64,000 bases of DNA, taken from the NCBI GenBank assembly GCA_002737365.1, contig NSIL01000015.1, positions 2,199 to 66,198 of the forward strand, given 5' to 3'. Both the position numbers and the translations under genes were made by a program. The notes below the pieces were generated by a model. The model searched no databases and was not told the DNA's origin. It was given only the letters and a program-made list of their open reading frames with translations. Below, piece after piece: positions 49,490 to 59,005 of this stretch (positions are counted from its first letter, which is position 1; each line of letters begins with the position of its first letter). The DNA comes from Acidobacterium sp. (GTDB lineage Bacteria; Acidobacteriota; Vicinamibacteria; Vicinamibacterales; UBA2999).

Positions 49490-51508
49490 ATGAGGCATCG
49501 ACTGGTTGGCGGCACTGCCGCATTTCTCCTCTCTCTGGTGGCGCTGGTCACGGCGCAACAGGCCCCGGCTCCGCGGCCGGTTGATGATGCGGCGCTGGCG
49601 AAGCCGGAGGCGAGAAACCAGGACTGGCTGTCGTACGGGCGCGACTACTACGAGCAGCGCTTCAGCCCACTCGATCAGATTACCGACGCCAATGCCGCCA
49701 AGCTCGGACTGGCGTGGTCGTTTGAAACCGCGACGGATCGCGGTCTCGAGGCGACCCCGCTCGTCATCGACGGCATCATGTACACCACCGCGTCATGGAG
49801 CGTTGTCTACGCCGTGGATGCCAGGACGGGCCAGCAGCTCTGGAAGTTCGATCCCGAAGTGCATCGCAAGTACGACCAGCTGGCGTGTTGCGATGTCGTC
49901 AACCGCGGCGCGGCGTTCTACAAGGGCCGCGTCTATGTCGGCGCGCTCGATGGCCGGCTGATCGCGATCGACGCCAAGAGCGGCAAGCCGGCATGGTCGG
50001 TCACGACGGTGGATCAGAAGCAGGCGTACACCAGCACCGGAGCGCCCCGCATCGCCAAAGGTAAGGTGATCATCGGCAACGGCGGCGCCGAGTACGGCGT
50101 GCGCGGCTATGTCTCCGCCTACGATGCCGAGACGGGCAAGCTGGCGTGGCGCTTCTACACGGTCCCAGGAGATCCGTCGAAACCGCAGGAGAACAAGGCG
50201 CTCGACAAGGCCTTGCCGACGTGGAAGGGCGACAACTGGTGGAAGTTCGGCGGCGGCGGCACGGTGTGGGATTCAATCGTCTACGACCCCGAGATCAACC
50301 TGCTCTACGTCGGCACCGGCAACGGCGCGGCGTGGAACCGCGAGATTCGAAGTCCAGGTGGCGGCGACAACCTCTACCTGGCGTCCATCCTCGCCATCAA
50401 CCCCGATAACGGCGAGCTGGTCTGGCACTACCAGACCACGCCCGGCGACACCTGGGACTACACGGCGGTGCAGCCGATGATGCTGGCCGACCTGCAGATT
50501 GGTGGCCGCCTGCGCAAGGTGATCATGCAGGCGCCAAAGAACGGGTTCTTCTACGTGCTCGATCGGGCGACGGGCGAACTGCTCTCGGCGGATCCGTACG
50601 TCACGGTCAACTGGGCGTCGCATGTCGACCTGAAGACCGGACGGCCGGTCGAGATTGCCGGCGCGGACTACAAGGAGAAGGGCACCTACATCCGCCCGGG
50701 ACCACTGGGCGGCCACAACTGGCAGGCCATGTCGTTCAGCCCCAAGACTGGTCTTGTCTACATTCCCGCGCAGGATAACGGGCGCTACTACGAGCAGCCG
50801 ACGGAGTTCGAATACAAGCCGCTCGAGTACAACCTGGGCGTGGGACCGATCGGCCGGAACCTGGACCGCTACGAGGTGCCGTACGCGGGGCGGTTGCTGG
50901 CGTGGGACCCGGTCGCGCGCAAGCCGCGCTGGACCGCGGAGTACGGCTCCTATTGGAACGGCGGCACGCTGGCCACCGCCGGCAACCTCGTCTTTCAGGG
51001 CACCGCGCTCGGCGACTTCATCGCCTACAACGCCGCCACCGGCGAGAAGCTCTGGTCGTCGTGGGCGACCACCGGCATCGTCGCGCCGCCCATCACCTAC
51101 ATGATCGACGGCAAGCAGTACGTATCGGTGATGGCGGGTTGGGGTGGCGCGTTCCCGAAGAAAACACGCAGTTACGGCCGCCTGTTGACGTTCACGATCG
51201 GCGGCACTGCTGCCTTGCCCGCGCGGCCGCGGCCGCGGACGGTCACCGCCATTGCCAGCAACGCCAGGCCTGAAGAGATCGCCGCGGGCGGCAAGATCTT
51301 CAACACCTACTGCGCGCGTTGCCATGGCGGCGCCACGATTCTTCCGGACCTGCGGCGGTCATCGCCCGGCATCTACACTGGACTCGACAAGATTCTGGAC
51401 GGCTCGCTGGTGGAACGCGGCATGCCGCGCTTTGCGGAACTCGACAAGGCCGCCGTGGCGGCCCTGCGAGCGTATCTGCTGGACGAGCGAAAGAAGCTGG
51501 TGCAGTAG
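49490..51508 (+). CDS. PQQ-dependent quinohemoprotein alcohol dehydrogenase (type II)
   Basis: ACCDVVNRG vicinal disulfide, GAEYG, WDYT, C-terminal CARCH heme c motif. Confidence 0.93.
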   Translation: MRHRLVGGTAAFLLSLVALVTAQQAPAPRPVDDAALAKPEARNQDWLSYGRDYYEQRFSPLDQITDANAAKLGLAWSFETATDRGLEATPLVIDGIMYTTASWSVVYAVDARTGQQLWKFDPEVHRKYDQLACCDVVNRGAAFYKGRVYVGALDGRLIAIDAKSGKPAWSVTTVDQKQAYTSTGAPRIAKGKVIIGNGGAEYGVRGYVSAYDAETGKLAWRFYTVPGDPSKPQENKALDKALPTWKGDNWWKFGGGGTVWDSIVYDPEINLLYVGTGNGAAWNREIRSPGGGDNLYLASILAINPDNGELVWHYQTTPGDTWDYTAVQPMMLADLQIGGRLRKVIMQAPKNGFFYVLDRATGELLSADPYVTVNWASHVDLKTGRPVEIAGADYKEKGTYIRPGPLGGHNWQAMSFSPKTGLVYIPAQDNGRYYEQPTEFEYKPLEYNLGVGPIGRNLDRYEVPYAGRLLAWDPVARKPRWTAEYGSYWNGGTLATAGNLVFQGTALGDFIAYNAATGEKLWSSWATTGIVAPPITYMIDGKQYVSVMAGWGGAFPKKTRSYGRLLTFTIGGTAALPARPRPRTVTAIASNARPEEIAAGGKIFNTYCARCHGGATILPDLRRSSPGIYTGLDKILDGSLVERGMPRFAELDKAAVAALRAYLLDERKKLVQ

Positions 51509-51516
51509 AGGGAGAG

Positions 51517-53982
51517 TTACCGCGACCGGGGCGCATGCCCCGGTCGTGTCTTGCGAGCGGTCACGGCCGGCGACGATGCGCCCTTCTTCCTGGCTGGACG
51601 ATCGTTCTCGTGCACGAGCGCCAGCAGCAACACTTCATCGATCGTGCTCACCAGGTGGATGGTGAGCCCCTTCAGCAATTCCTCACCAAGGTCTTCCTTG
51701 ACGTTCTTCTCGTTCTGCTTCGGGAGGACCACTTCCTTGACGCCGGCGCGCTTGGCAGCCAGCACCTTTTCCTTGATGCCACCGACCGGCAGCACCTTGC
51801 CCGACAGCGTAATCTCGCCGGTCATCGACAAGTCGCCGCGCACCGGCCGACGGGTCAGTTCCGACACCATCGCCGTGACCATCGTCACGCCGGCCGAGGG
51901 ACCGTCTTTCGGAATCGCGCCCGACGGCACGTGCACGTGCATTTCGGAGTGCTTGAAGAAGTCCGGATCGATCTGCCACTCGTTGGCGTGGGCGCGCACC
52001 CACGACAATGCCGCGCGTGCCGATTCCTTCATCACATCACCGAGCTGCCCGGTCAGCGTCAGCGAGCCGCCACCGGTCATGCGCTTCGCTTCGACGAACA
52101 GCACGTCACCGCCGACCGGCGTCCACGCCATGCCCGTGGCCACGCCCGGCTGCTTGGTGCGGTCCTTGACTTCTTCTGCCATGAAGCGGAACGAGCCGAG
52201 CAATTGTTCAACGAACTCGGGCGTGACTTTGACCTTGTGGTCGTCGCCTTCGGCGCGGCGCCGCGCGATCTTCCGGCAAATGGCGCCGATCTCGCGCTCG
52301 AGATTGCGGACCCCCGCTTCACGGGTGTAGCCGCGAATTACCGCGCGCAGGCCGGCGTCGGTAAAGACCACCTGCTGCTTGTTCAGCCCGTGGTTCAGCA
52401 CCTGCTTGGCGACGAGGTGGTCGCGGGCGATGGCGAGCTTCTCTTCCTCGGTATACCCGGGGAGTTCAAGCACCTCCATGCGGTCGCGCAGAGGTGGCGG
52501 AATCGTGTCGAGCACGTTCGCCGTCGTCACGAATAATACTTCCGAGAGATCAAACGGCACGTCGAGGTAGTGATCGCGGAACGTGTGGTTCTGTTCCGGA
52601 TCGAGCACCTCGAGCAGCGCCGACGAAGGATCGCCGCGGAAGTCGCTGCCAAGTTTGTCGACTTCATCGAGAATGAAGACCGGGTTCTTCGACTCGGCCC
52701 GGCGCAGCCCCTGGATGATCTGGCCTGGGAGCGCACCGATGTAGGTGCGGCGATGGCCACGAATTTCCGCCTCGTCGCGAACGCCACCAAGCGAGATGCG
52801 GACGAACTTGCGGCCAAGTGACTGCGCAATCGACCGCGCCAGCGAAGTCTTGCCGACGCCGGGAGGGCCGACGAAGCAGAGGATTGGCCCCTTCATGCCG
52901 GGGTTCAGCTTGCGCACGGCGAGGTATTCGAGAATGCGGTCCTTCGCCTTCTCGAGGCCTGAATGCTCGGCATCCATGATGCCCTTGGTTTTCTTCAGGT
53001 CGATGACCTCGTCGGTCCGCTTCGACCAGGGCAGCGCGACGATCCAGTCGAGATAGGTGCGCGCCACGGTGTACTCGGCGGCGGCCGGCGGCATTTTCGA
53101 CAGGCGATCGAGCTCGCGCAACGCTTCTTTCTTCACCGCCTCGGGCAAGCCGGCGGCTTCGAGCTTGGTGCGCAGCTCTTCAATTTCGCGCGTCTGGTCG
53201 TCGCCCTCGCCCAGTTCTTTCTGAATCGCCTTCAACTGCTCGCGCAGGAAGTAATCGCGCTGGTTCTTGCCGACCTCCGACTGCACCTGGCTCTGGATCT
53301 TCGAGCCGAGCTCGAGGACCTCCAGTTCCTTGATCAGCAGGCGGTTCAGCAGATCCAGGCGGGCGCGAACGTCGAGCGTCTGCAGCACTTCCTGCTTGGT
53401 CTCGGTGGCGATGGTGCCCAGTCCCGAGGCGATGAAATCAGCCAGTCGGCCCGGATCGGTGATGTTGGACGCCAGCGACTGCAGGTCGTCCGACATCAGC
53501 GGCGACAGCGAGACGATCTGCTGGAAGTTGGCCTTGATGTTCCGCTGCAGGGCGTCGATCTCGAGACGATCTTCGTCCTTCAGGAGCTCGGGCGCCTCGG
53601 TGGCCTTGCCACGCAGGTACGGACGCGTCCCCGTGATTTCGTCAAGCCGCACGCGCGCCAGGCCCTGCACGATGATGCGCAGGCTGCCGTCGGGCAGCTT
53701 GAACATCTTGTGAATCTGGCTGGCGGTGCCAATCTCGTGAAGGTCTTTCTGCCCGGGCTCGTCTTCGCCCGCTTCACGCTGCGCGAACACCGCAATGGTC
53801 TGGCCGCTGGCGACCGCTTCGTCAATCAGCTTGACCGAGCTTTCGCGCGCGACGGCAAGTGGCATGAACGCCTGCGGAAACAATACGGTGTCGCGCAGCG
53901 GCAGCACCGGCATTTCCGGCGGCACGCGAAACACCGAAGTTTCTGAACCAGCAGGATCGAGAGGTTCGATTTGATTGCTCAC
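51517..53982 (-). CDS. lon: ATP-dependent protease La
   Basis: PVLPLRD, GPPGVGKTS, DEVDK, PKDGPSAG, KEK. Probable GTG start at 53982. Confidence 0.96.
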   Translation of the reverse strand: MSNQIEPLDPAGSETSVFRVPPEMPVLPLRDTVLFPQAFMPLAVARESSVKLIDEAVASGQTIAVFAQREAGEDEPGQKDLHEIGTASQIHKMFKLPDGSLRIIVQGLARVRLDEITGTRPYLRGKATEAPELLKDEDRLEIDALQRNIKANFQQIVSLSPLMSDDLQSLASNITDPGRLADFIASGLGTIATETKQEVLQTLDVRARLDLLNRLLIKELEVLELGSKIQSQVQSEVGKNQRDYFLREQLKAIQKELGEGDDQTREIEELRTKLEAAGLPEAVKKEALRELDRLSKMPPAAAEYTVARTYLDWIVALPWSKRTDEVIDLKKTKGIMDAEHSGLEKAKDRILEYLAVRKLNPGMKGPILCFVGPPGVGKTSLARSIAQSLGRKFVRISLGGVRDEAEIRGHRRTYIGALPGQIIQGLRRAESKNPVFILDEVDKLGSDFRGDPSSALLEVLDPEQNHTFRDHYLDVPFDLSEVLFVTTANVLDTIPPPLRDRMEVLELPGYTEEEKLAIARDHLVAKQVLNHGLNKQQVVFTDAGLRAVIRGYTREAGVRNLEREIGAICRKIARRRAEGDDHKVKVTPEFVEQLLGSFRFMAEEVKDRTKQPGVATGMAWTPVGGDVLFVEAKRMTGGGSLTLTGQLGDVMKESARAALSWVRAHANEWQIDPDFFKHSEMHVHVPSGAIPKDGPSAGVTMVTAMVSELTRRPVRGDLSMTGEITLSGKVLPVGGIKEKVLAAKRAGVKEVVLPKQNEKNVKEDLGEELLKGLTIHLVSTIDEVLLLALVHENDRPARKKGASSPAVTARKTRPGHAPRSR

Positions 53983-54037
53983 TGGGGCCGCCCCTCCCAG
54001 GGGCGATGAATGCAAATGTGAGCCGGGGGCGGGACGT

Positions 54038-54068
54038 TGACAGGCCCCGCCACCGGCGGGGCCCGTCA
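54038..54068. terminator. GC-rich hairpin between the dksA-like gene and lon
   Basis: TGACAGGCCCCGCC-ACC-GGCGGGGCCCGTCA. No U-tract, so it may be a processing or stabilising stem. Confidence 0.45.
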
Positions 54069-54086
54069 GGCTAAGTCGCCGGGGTG

Positions 54087-54551
54087 TTATCCCCGCATGT
54101 CGAAGCCGAGGCTCGCCGACCCGCGGCGCGCCTGGGTGCGTTCGCGCTGCTGGGCCATCTCGCGGGCCTCTTCGCAGTCCTTGCAACGAACGGCGAAGGG
54201 AAGCGCGCGCAGCCGGGGCTGAGCGATCTCTTCGGCGCACTCGAAGCAGTGACCGTACGTGCCCTCTTCAAGGCGCGACAGCGCCTCGTTGATCTTGTTC
54301 AGCGTCTCCGCCTTCATCTGGATGAGGGCGAATTCGATGTCCTCTTGAATGTCGACCTCTGAGGTCTCACCCGGATCGAGGACGTCGTGGTCTTTTTCCG
54401 AACCCTCGGCACGCGCATCGCGGATCTTGCCCTGAACTTCGCTCAGGATCTCGCGCTGACGCTCGACGAGCATCCGCTTCAAATCGTCGTATCGCGCCCC
54501 GATGGGCACTTCCGCTACCGCTACGTTCCGCTTCTTTGACTTGGCTGCCAT
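54087..54551 (-). CDS. TraR/DksA C4 zinc-finger protein
   Basis: Coiled coil plus GTYGHCFEC...RLRALP..RCKDC. Confidence 0.92.
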   Translation of the reverse strand: MAAKSKKRNVAVAEVPIGARYDDLKRMLVERQREILSEVQGKIRDARAEGSEKDHDVLDPGETSEVDIQEDIEFALIQMKAETLNKINEALSRLEEGTYGHCFECAEEIAQPRLRALPFAVRCKDCEEAREMAQQRERTQARRGSASLGFDMRG

Positions 54552-54630
54552 GTCTTCAGCCGCTCCCTTCAACCTTCCCTGTTCTAACAGGGAGGCCTAT
54601 AATTCGCTTCGCTCTTGCCGCTAGCCTTCT

Positions 54631-54646
54631 AGCAAGACTGATGCCT
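54631..54646 (-). promoter_or_regulatory. sigma54 (-24/-12) promoter of the dksA-like gene
   Basis: Minus strand AGGCAT-CAGTC-TTGCT matches TGGCAC-N5-TTGCW. Confidence 0.6.
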
Positions 54647-55018
54647 ATGAACCCGACCGAACCTGAATGTCAAATTACCGATATGAGCAAACGACCGAAA
54701 CGAAGCGGGCGATATTAATCGTCTATCACGTTTGTTAACAATAATTTAGTCGTCTTCGTTTTACCCAAATACCGACGAACCGAACACCGTTCACTGATGC
54801 TTAGACGCCGGACCAGAGATTTGGGTTCTACGGACCCTCTGTCACTAATCGGGGACACCCACAACCAAGGAAAGGTAGCACACCGCCCAATGCTGTGGCA
54901 AGAATTACACATAGCGGGACCTCGCGCCAGGTGCGGCAACGCGGTCGTCAGACATCGATGCCGCCCCGATCGAGAGGGCGTACTGATAAGATAGGGGTTT
55001 GTCTAAGGAGCGTTAGTT

Positions 55019-55210
55019 ATGGCAATGCGCTGTGAAATCTGTGGCAAGGGTCCGGCGGTCGGTCGCCGTGTTTCCCACGCCCACAACGTCCGTCCCCGTC
55101 GTTTCGAGCCGAACCTGCAGATGGTTCGTGCGGCCGTCAATGGCGCCACCAAGCGCATGAAGGTGTGCACCCGCTGCATTCGTTCGAGCAAGGTCGTCAA
55201 GGCCGCGTAA
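55019..55210 (+). CDS. rpmB: 50S ribosomal protein L28 (Zn-binding type)
   Basis: [27 protein letters not shown]; RBS AAGGAG. Confidence 0.95.
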   Translation: MAMRCEICGKGPAVGRRVSHAHNVRPRRFEPNLQMVRAAVNGATKRMKVCTRCIRSSKVVKAA

Positions 55211-55590
55211 TGCGGGAACTGGTGACGGCCGATGGCGCGGTGAAGGCCATTGGGCCGTACTCGCCGGCGCTGAAGGTCGGCAACCTGCTGTTCCTGTCGG
55301 GGTCAATTCCACTCGACCCGGTGTCGGGACAGATCGTGCCGGGCGACATCACCGCCCAGGCCACGTGCGTGATGGAGAACATCAAGGCGCTGCTGGCCGC
55401 GGCTGGTGCGGACTTTTCGCACGTCGCGCGCACGACCGTGTTCATGGTCGATCTGGGCGAGTTCGCCGCCATGAACGAGGTCTACGCCAAGTACTTCGTG
55501 ACGCCGTATCCGGCGCGCTCGACCGTGCAGGTCGTCAAGCTGCCACGGGACGTGCGCGTCGAAATCGACGTCATCGCCGTTCTGGGATAG
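55210..55590 (+). CDS. RidA-family enamine/imine deaminase
   Basis: AIGPYS, SGSIP, NEVY, PARS, VEID. Confidence 0.93.
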   Translation: MRELVTADGAVKAIGPYSPALKVGNLLFLSGSIPLDPVSGQIVPGDITAQATCVMENIKALLAAAGADFSHVARTTVFMVDLGEFAAMNEVYAKYFVTPYPARSTVQVVKLPRDVRVEIDVIAVLG

Positions 55591-57745
55591 GCGACGACCG
55601 CTCCACGTTCAACACCCCCTTAATTCCGCGCACGGACTTAATCACCTGCTCCAGGTGCTTCATGTCCTTGATCTCGACCGTGACCTCAATGCGGGCGCGC
55701 TGGTCGCCGGTGCGCGCCTCCATGTTCGTGATGTTGGTGTTGATGTCAGAAATCCGCTGGCTGAGCTCGGCCAGCATCCCCTTCCGATCTTCCACCTCAA
55801 TGGTGAGCCTGACCGTATACGGGGCGAGGTCTGAGCCCTTGTCCCACTCGACGTCAATGCGGCGCTCGGGGTCGTACATCAGGTTGATGACGTTGGGACA
55901 CTTCGCCGAGTGTACCGAGACACCCTTGCCGCGAGTGATGTATCCGACGATCTGCTCCCCGCGGATCGGGTTGCAGCACTTCGCCCGAAACACCATCACA
56001 TCGTCGGCGCCGCGGACTTTGATGCGATCGGGCTCGCGGCCGGTGCGCAGCACGCGCTTGACGGCGGCGACCACCGGATGTTCGGGCGCCTGCTCCTTCA
56101 GCTTGTCCTGCGGAATGATCTTGTCGAGCACCAGCCGCGGCGAGACCTTGCCGTAGCCGATTTGCGCCAGCAGGTCCTCGGGCTTGGCGGCGGCAAACTC
56201 CGCCAGGATCTTCGCGATCGCCTCGCCTTCGATGAGCTTGGCGCCATTCAGGCCGAAGCGGCGCGCTTCCTTGTCGAAGACGCGCTTGCCGAGTTCGACC
56301 GCGCGCGCCTTTTCCTCGACCTGGATCAGGTGCTTGATCTTGTTGCGCGCCCGCGACGTGACGGCGAAGTTCAGCCAGTCGCGGCTCGGCTTGTGCGTCG
56401 CGTTGCGGATGACCTCGACGATGTCGCCGTTCTTGAGGCGGGTGCGCAGCGGCACCATGCGGCCGTTGACCCGCGCGCCGACGCACTGGTGACCGACATC
56501 GGTGTGAATGGCGTACGCGAAATCGATCGCCGTCGAGCCCTTCGGCAGCACCTTGACCGTGCCGCGCGGCGTGAAGGTGTAGACCTCTTCCGGATAGAGG
56601 TCGATCTTGAGGTTCGACAGAAACTCCTGGGGGTCACGCGTGTCCTGCTGCCACTCCAACAGCTGGCGCAGCCACTGGAAGTACTGCTCGTCGCGGCCGG
56701 AGCCGACGCGGCCTTCCTTGTACTTCCAATGCGCGGCAATGCCTTCTTCCGCGAGCCGGTGCATTTCCTCGGTCCGGATCTGCACCTCGAACGGAAAGCC
56801 GCGATCGCTGATCACCGAGGTATGCAGCGACTGGTAGCCGTTGGGCCGCGGCATGGCGATGAAGTCCTTGATGCGGCCCGGCACCGGCGACCACGTCTGG
56901 TGGATGATGCCGAGCGCGGCATAACAGTCCTTCACCGACGGCGTGACGATGCGCAGGGCGACGAAGTCGTAGACCTGCTCGAGGTCGATCTTCTGGGCCT
57001 TGAGCTTGAGCCAGATGCTGAACAGGCGCTTGACGCGGCCGTCGATGCTGATGACCGGCACCTGCGCCTCGTGCAACTTGTCGCGAATGCCAGTGGTCAG
57101 CTGCTCGATCATGCCCTCGGTCGGCTTGCGCTTGGCTTCAACCTTGCCGTGCAGGGCCTCGAAGGCGGCGGGCTCGAGGTAGCGGAACGACAGCTCTTCG
57201 AGCTCATTCTTGATGCGGCTCATGCCCAGGCGGTTGGCAATCGGCGCGTAGATGTCGAGGGTCTCTTGCGAAATGCGCGCGCGCTTGTCGTCGGCCATGT
57301 GCTGCAGCGTGCGCATGTTGTGCAGGCGGTCGGCAAGCTTCACCAGGATGACCCGGATGTCATCGACCATCGCCAGCAGCATCTTGCGGAAGTTCTCGGC
57401 CTGCCGCGCTTCGGTCGACGAAAAGGGGATGGCGCCAATCTTGGTCACGCCTTCGACGATGTGGGCGACGTCCTCGCCGAATTTCTCGCGGATCTTTTCC
57501 GGGGTTGTCAGGGTGTCCTCGACCACGTCATGGAGCAGGCCGGCGGCCAGGCAGACCACATCGAGCTTCATGTCGGCCAGGATATCCGCCACTTCCAGCG
57601 GGTGGACGAGGTAAGGCTCCCCCGAATGGCGGATCTGTCCCTTGTGCTCCAGGGCCGAAAATACGTAGGCGCGGCGGAGCAATTCCAGATCGGCGTCCGG
57701 GCTGTAGCCCCTGACCTTGTCGAGCAGATCCTCGAAGCGAATCAT
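55571..57745 (-). CDS. relA: bifunctional (p)ppGpp synthetase/hydrolase
   Basis: HDVVED hydrolase, RIKDF (RxKD) synthetase, YQSLHT, TGS, CC and ACT domains. Confidence 0.95.
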   Translation of the reverse strand: MIRFEDLLDKVRGYSPDADLELLRRAYVFSALEHKGQIRHSGEPYLVHPLEVADILADMKLDVVCLAAGLLHDVVEDTLTTPEKIREKFGEDVAHIVEGVTKIGAIPFSSTEARQAENFRKMLLAMVDDIRVILVKLADRLHNMRTLQHMADDKRARISQETLDIYAPIANRLGMSRIKNELEELSFRYLEPAAFEALHGKVEAKRKPTEGMIEQLTTGIRDKLHEAQVPVISIDGRVKRLFSIWLKLKAQKIDLEQVYDFVALRIVTPSVKDCYAALGIIHQTWSPVPGRIKDFIAMPRPNGYQSLHTSVISDRGFPFEVQIRTEEMHRLAEEGIAAHWKYKEGRVGSGRDEQYFQWLRQLLEWQQDTRDPQEFLSNLKIDLYPEEVYTFTPRGTVKVLPKGSTAIDFAYAIHTDVGHQCVGARVNGRMVPLRTRLKNGDIVEVIRNATHKPSRDWLNFAVTSRARNKIKHLIQVEEKARAVELGKRVFDKEARRFGLNGAKLIEGEAIAKILAEFAAAKPEDLLAQIGYGKVSPRLVLDKIIPQDKLKEQAPEHPVVAAVKRVLRTGREPDRIKVRGADDVMVFRAKCCNPIRGEQIVGYITRGKGVSVHSAKCPNVINLMYDPERRIDVEWDKGSDLAPYTVRLTIEVEDRKGMLAELSQRISDINTNITNMEARTGDQRARIEVTVEIKDMKHLEQVIKSVRGIKGVLNVERSSPIPERR

Positions 57746-57916
57746 GAAGTTCGGTGTCTAATGGCTTATCGGTCCGAATGGGCTTTCGGGGAAGCCCCGT
57801 CGCCTTTAATCATAGGGCACGGCCGGACCGAGGTTGCAGGCGGTCTCAAAACGAAGCTATACTTCCCGGCCGTGCGACTTGAACGTGTTTTACAGGGACT
57901 TACAGGGGGCATTCTG

Positions 57917-58861
57917 ATGAGAAAGCGGTCTTCGGCAGCGTGTTTGACGCTGGTTATGGGACTGGGCGTCGCGCTTGCCGGTTGCGGATATATCGGCGAG
58001 GTCCGCGCCATGAAGGCGTTCAAGGACGGCAACAAGGCGTACGGCGGCAGCGATTGGCGGGCGGCGGTCGAGAAGTACGAGGAGGCGACGAGGCTCGACC
58101 CGAATAACGCCGCCATCTACTTCTACCTGGCCAACTCGTACGACAACATGTACCGGCCGGCCCGCAAGGGTGAGGCGGCTAACGACGAGCTGATAAACAA
58201 GGCTGTCGAGAACTATAAACTCGCGAGCGAGAAACTGACGGAAGACACCATTCCGAAGCGATCGCTGGCCCTTGAGTTCCTGGTTGCGGCCTATGGCCCA
58301 GACAAGCTGGCCGACCCGACCCAGGCCGAACCGGTGGTGAAGCGCATGATCGAACTGGCTCCCAACGAACCAACCAACTACTTCCAGCTCGCCAAGATCT
58401 ATGAAGACTCGGGCGAATACCAGCTGGCGGAAGAAACCTACCTGAAGGGCCGCGACGCCAAGCCGAGCGAACCGACGGTTTACCTGACGGTGGCCGGTTA
58501 CTACAACCGCCAGGGCGACTTCCTTAAGCTGGTGGAGAACCTCCGCAAGCGGGTCGAGCTCGAGCCGAACAACCCCGAAGCCCACTACACCGTGGCCACT
58601 TACCATTGGGACAAGGCGTCACGCGACTTCCGCCTGTCGGACAAGGAAAAGCTGCAGCTGGTGCTGGACGGTCTGGTCTCGGTGAACAAAGCGCTTGAGA
58701 TCAAGACTGACTACGTTGAGGCCATGACCTACAAGGGCCTGCTGCTCCGCACGCAGGCGCTGGTCGAGAAGGACCCGAAGAAGCAGCAGCTGTTGATCCG
58801 GGAAGGCACGGAGTTGGGCGATAAGGCCAACGCTATGCGCAAGGCCAAGGCTACCAGCTAA
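57917..58861 (+). CDS. TPR-repeat lipoprotein
   Basis: ATG 57917, lipobox ALAGC, TPR-like repeats (LDPNNA, LAPNEP, LEPNNPEA). Confidence 0.85.
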   Translation: MRKRSSAACLTLVMGLGVALAGCGYIGEVRAMKAFKDGNKAYGGSDWRAAVEKYEEATRLDPNNAAIYFYLANSYDNMYRPARKGEAANDELINKAVENYKLASEKLTEDTIPKRSLALEFLVAAYGPDKLADPTQAEPVVKRMIELAPNEPTNYFQLAKIYEDSGEYQLAEETYLKGRDAKPSEPTVYLTVAGYYNRQGDFLKLVENLRKRVELEPNNPEAHYTVATYHWDKASRDFRLSDKEKLQLVLDGLVSVNKALEIKTDYVEAMTYKGLLLRTQALVEKDPKKQQLLIREGTELGDKANAMRKAKATS

Positions 58862-58904
58862 ATCCCTATTACCGAGGGTGATCCGTCGATTGCCCCAAAA
58901 AATT

Positions 58905-58944
58905 GAAAAGGGCTGGTTCCGCAGTGCGCGGGCCGGCCCTTTTC
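58905..58944 (+). terminator. rho-independent terminator (likely bidirectional)
   Basis: GAAAAGGGCTGG...CCGGCCCTTTTC stem with A and T tracts. Confidence 0.65.
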
Positions 58945-59005
58945 TATTTACCTGCCCGTAACCTGCAAGTGCGATAATTGATGCTTGTTCAGGAGCGATG
59001 CACAC

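Noticed and set aside
49490-51508. Lanthanide-dependent dehydrogenase
   Set aside because: It lacks the extra Asp (WDYT, not WDYD).
53983-54240. N-terminal extension of Lon
   Set aside because: It overlaps the dksA-like gene in another frame and is low-complexity. GTG at 53982 has an RBS.
55910-57916. 983-aa plus-strand ORF overlapping rel/spoT antisense for about 1.8 kb
   Set aside because: The upstream 669 codons are a stop-free shadow of the high-GC rel gene. The real gene starts at ATG 57917 with a lipoprotein signal.
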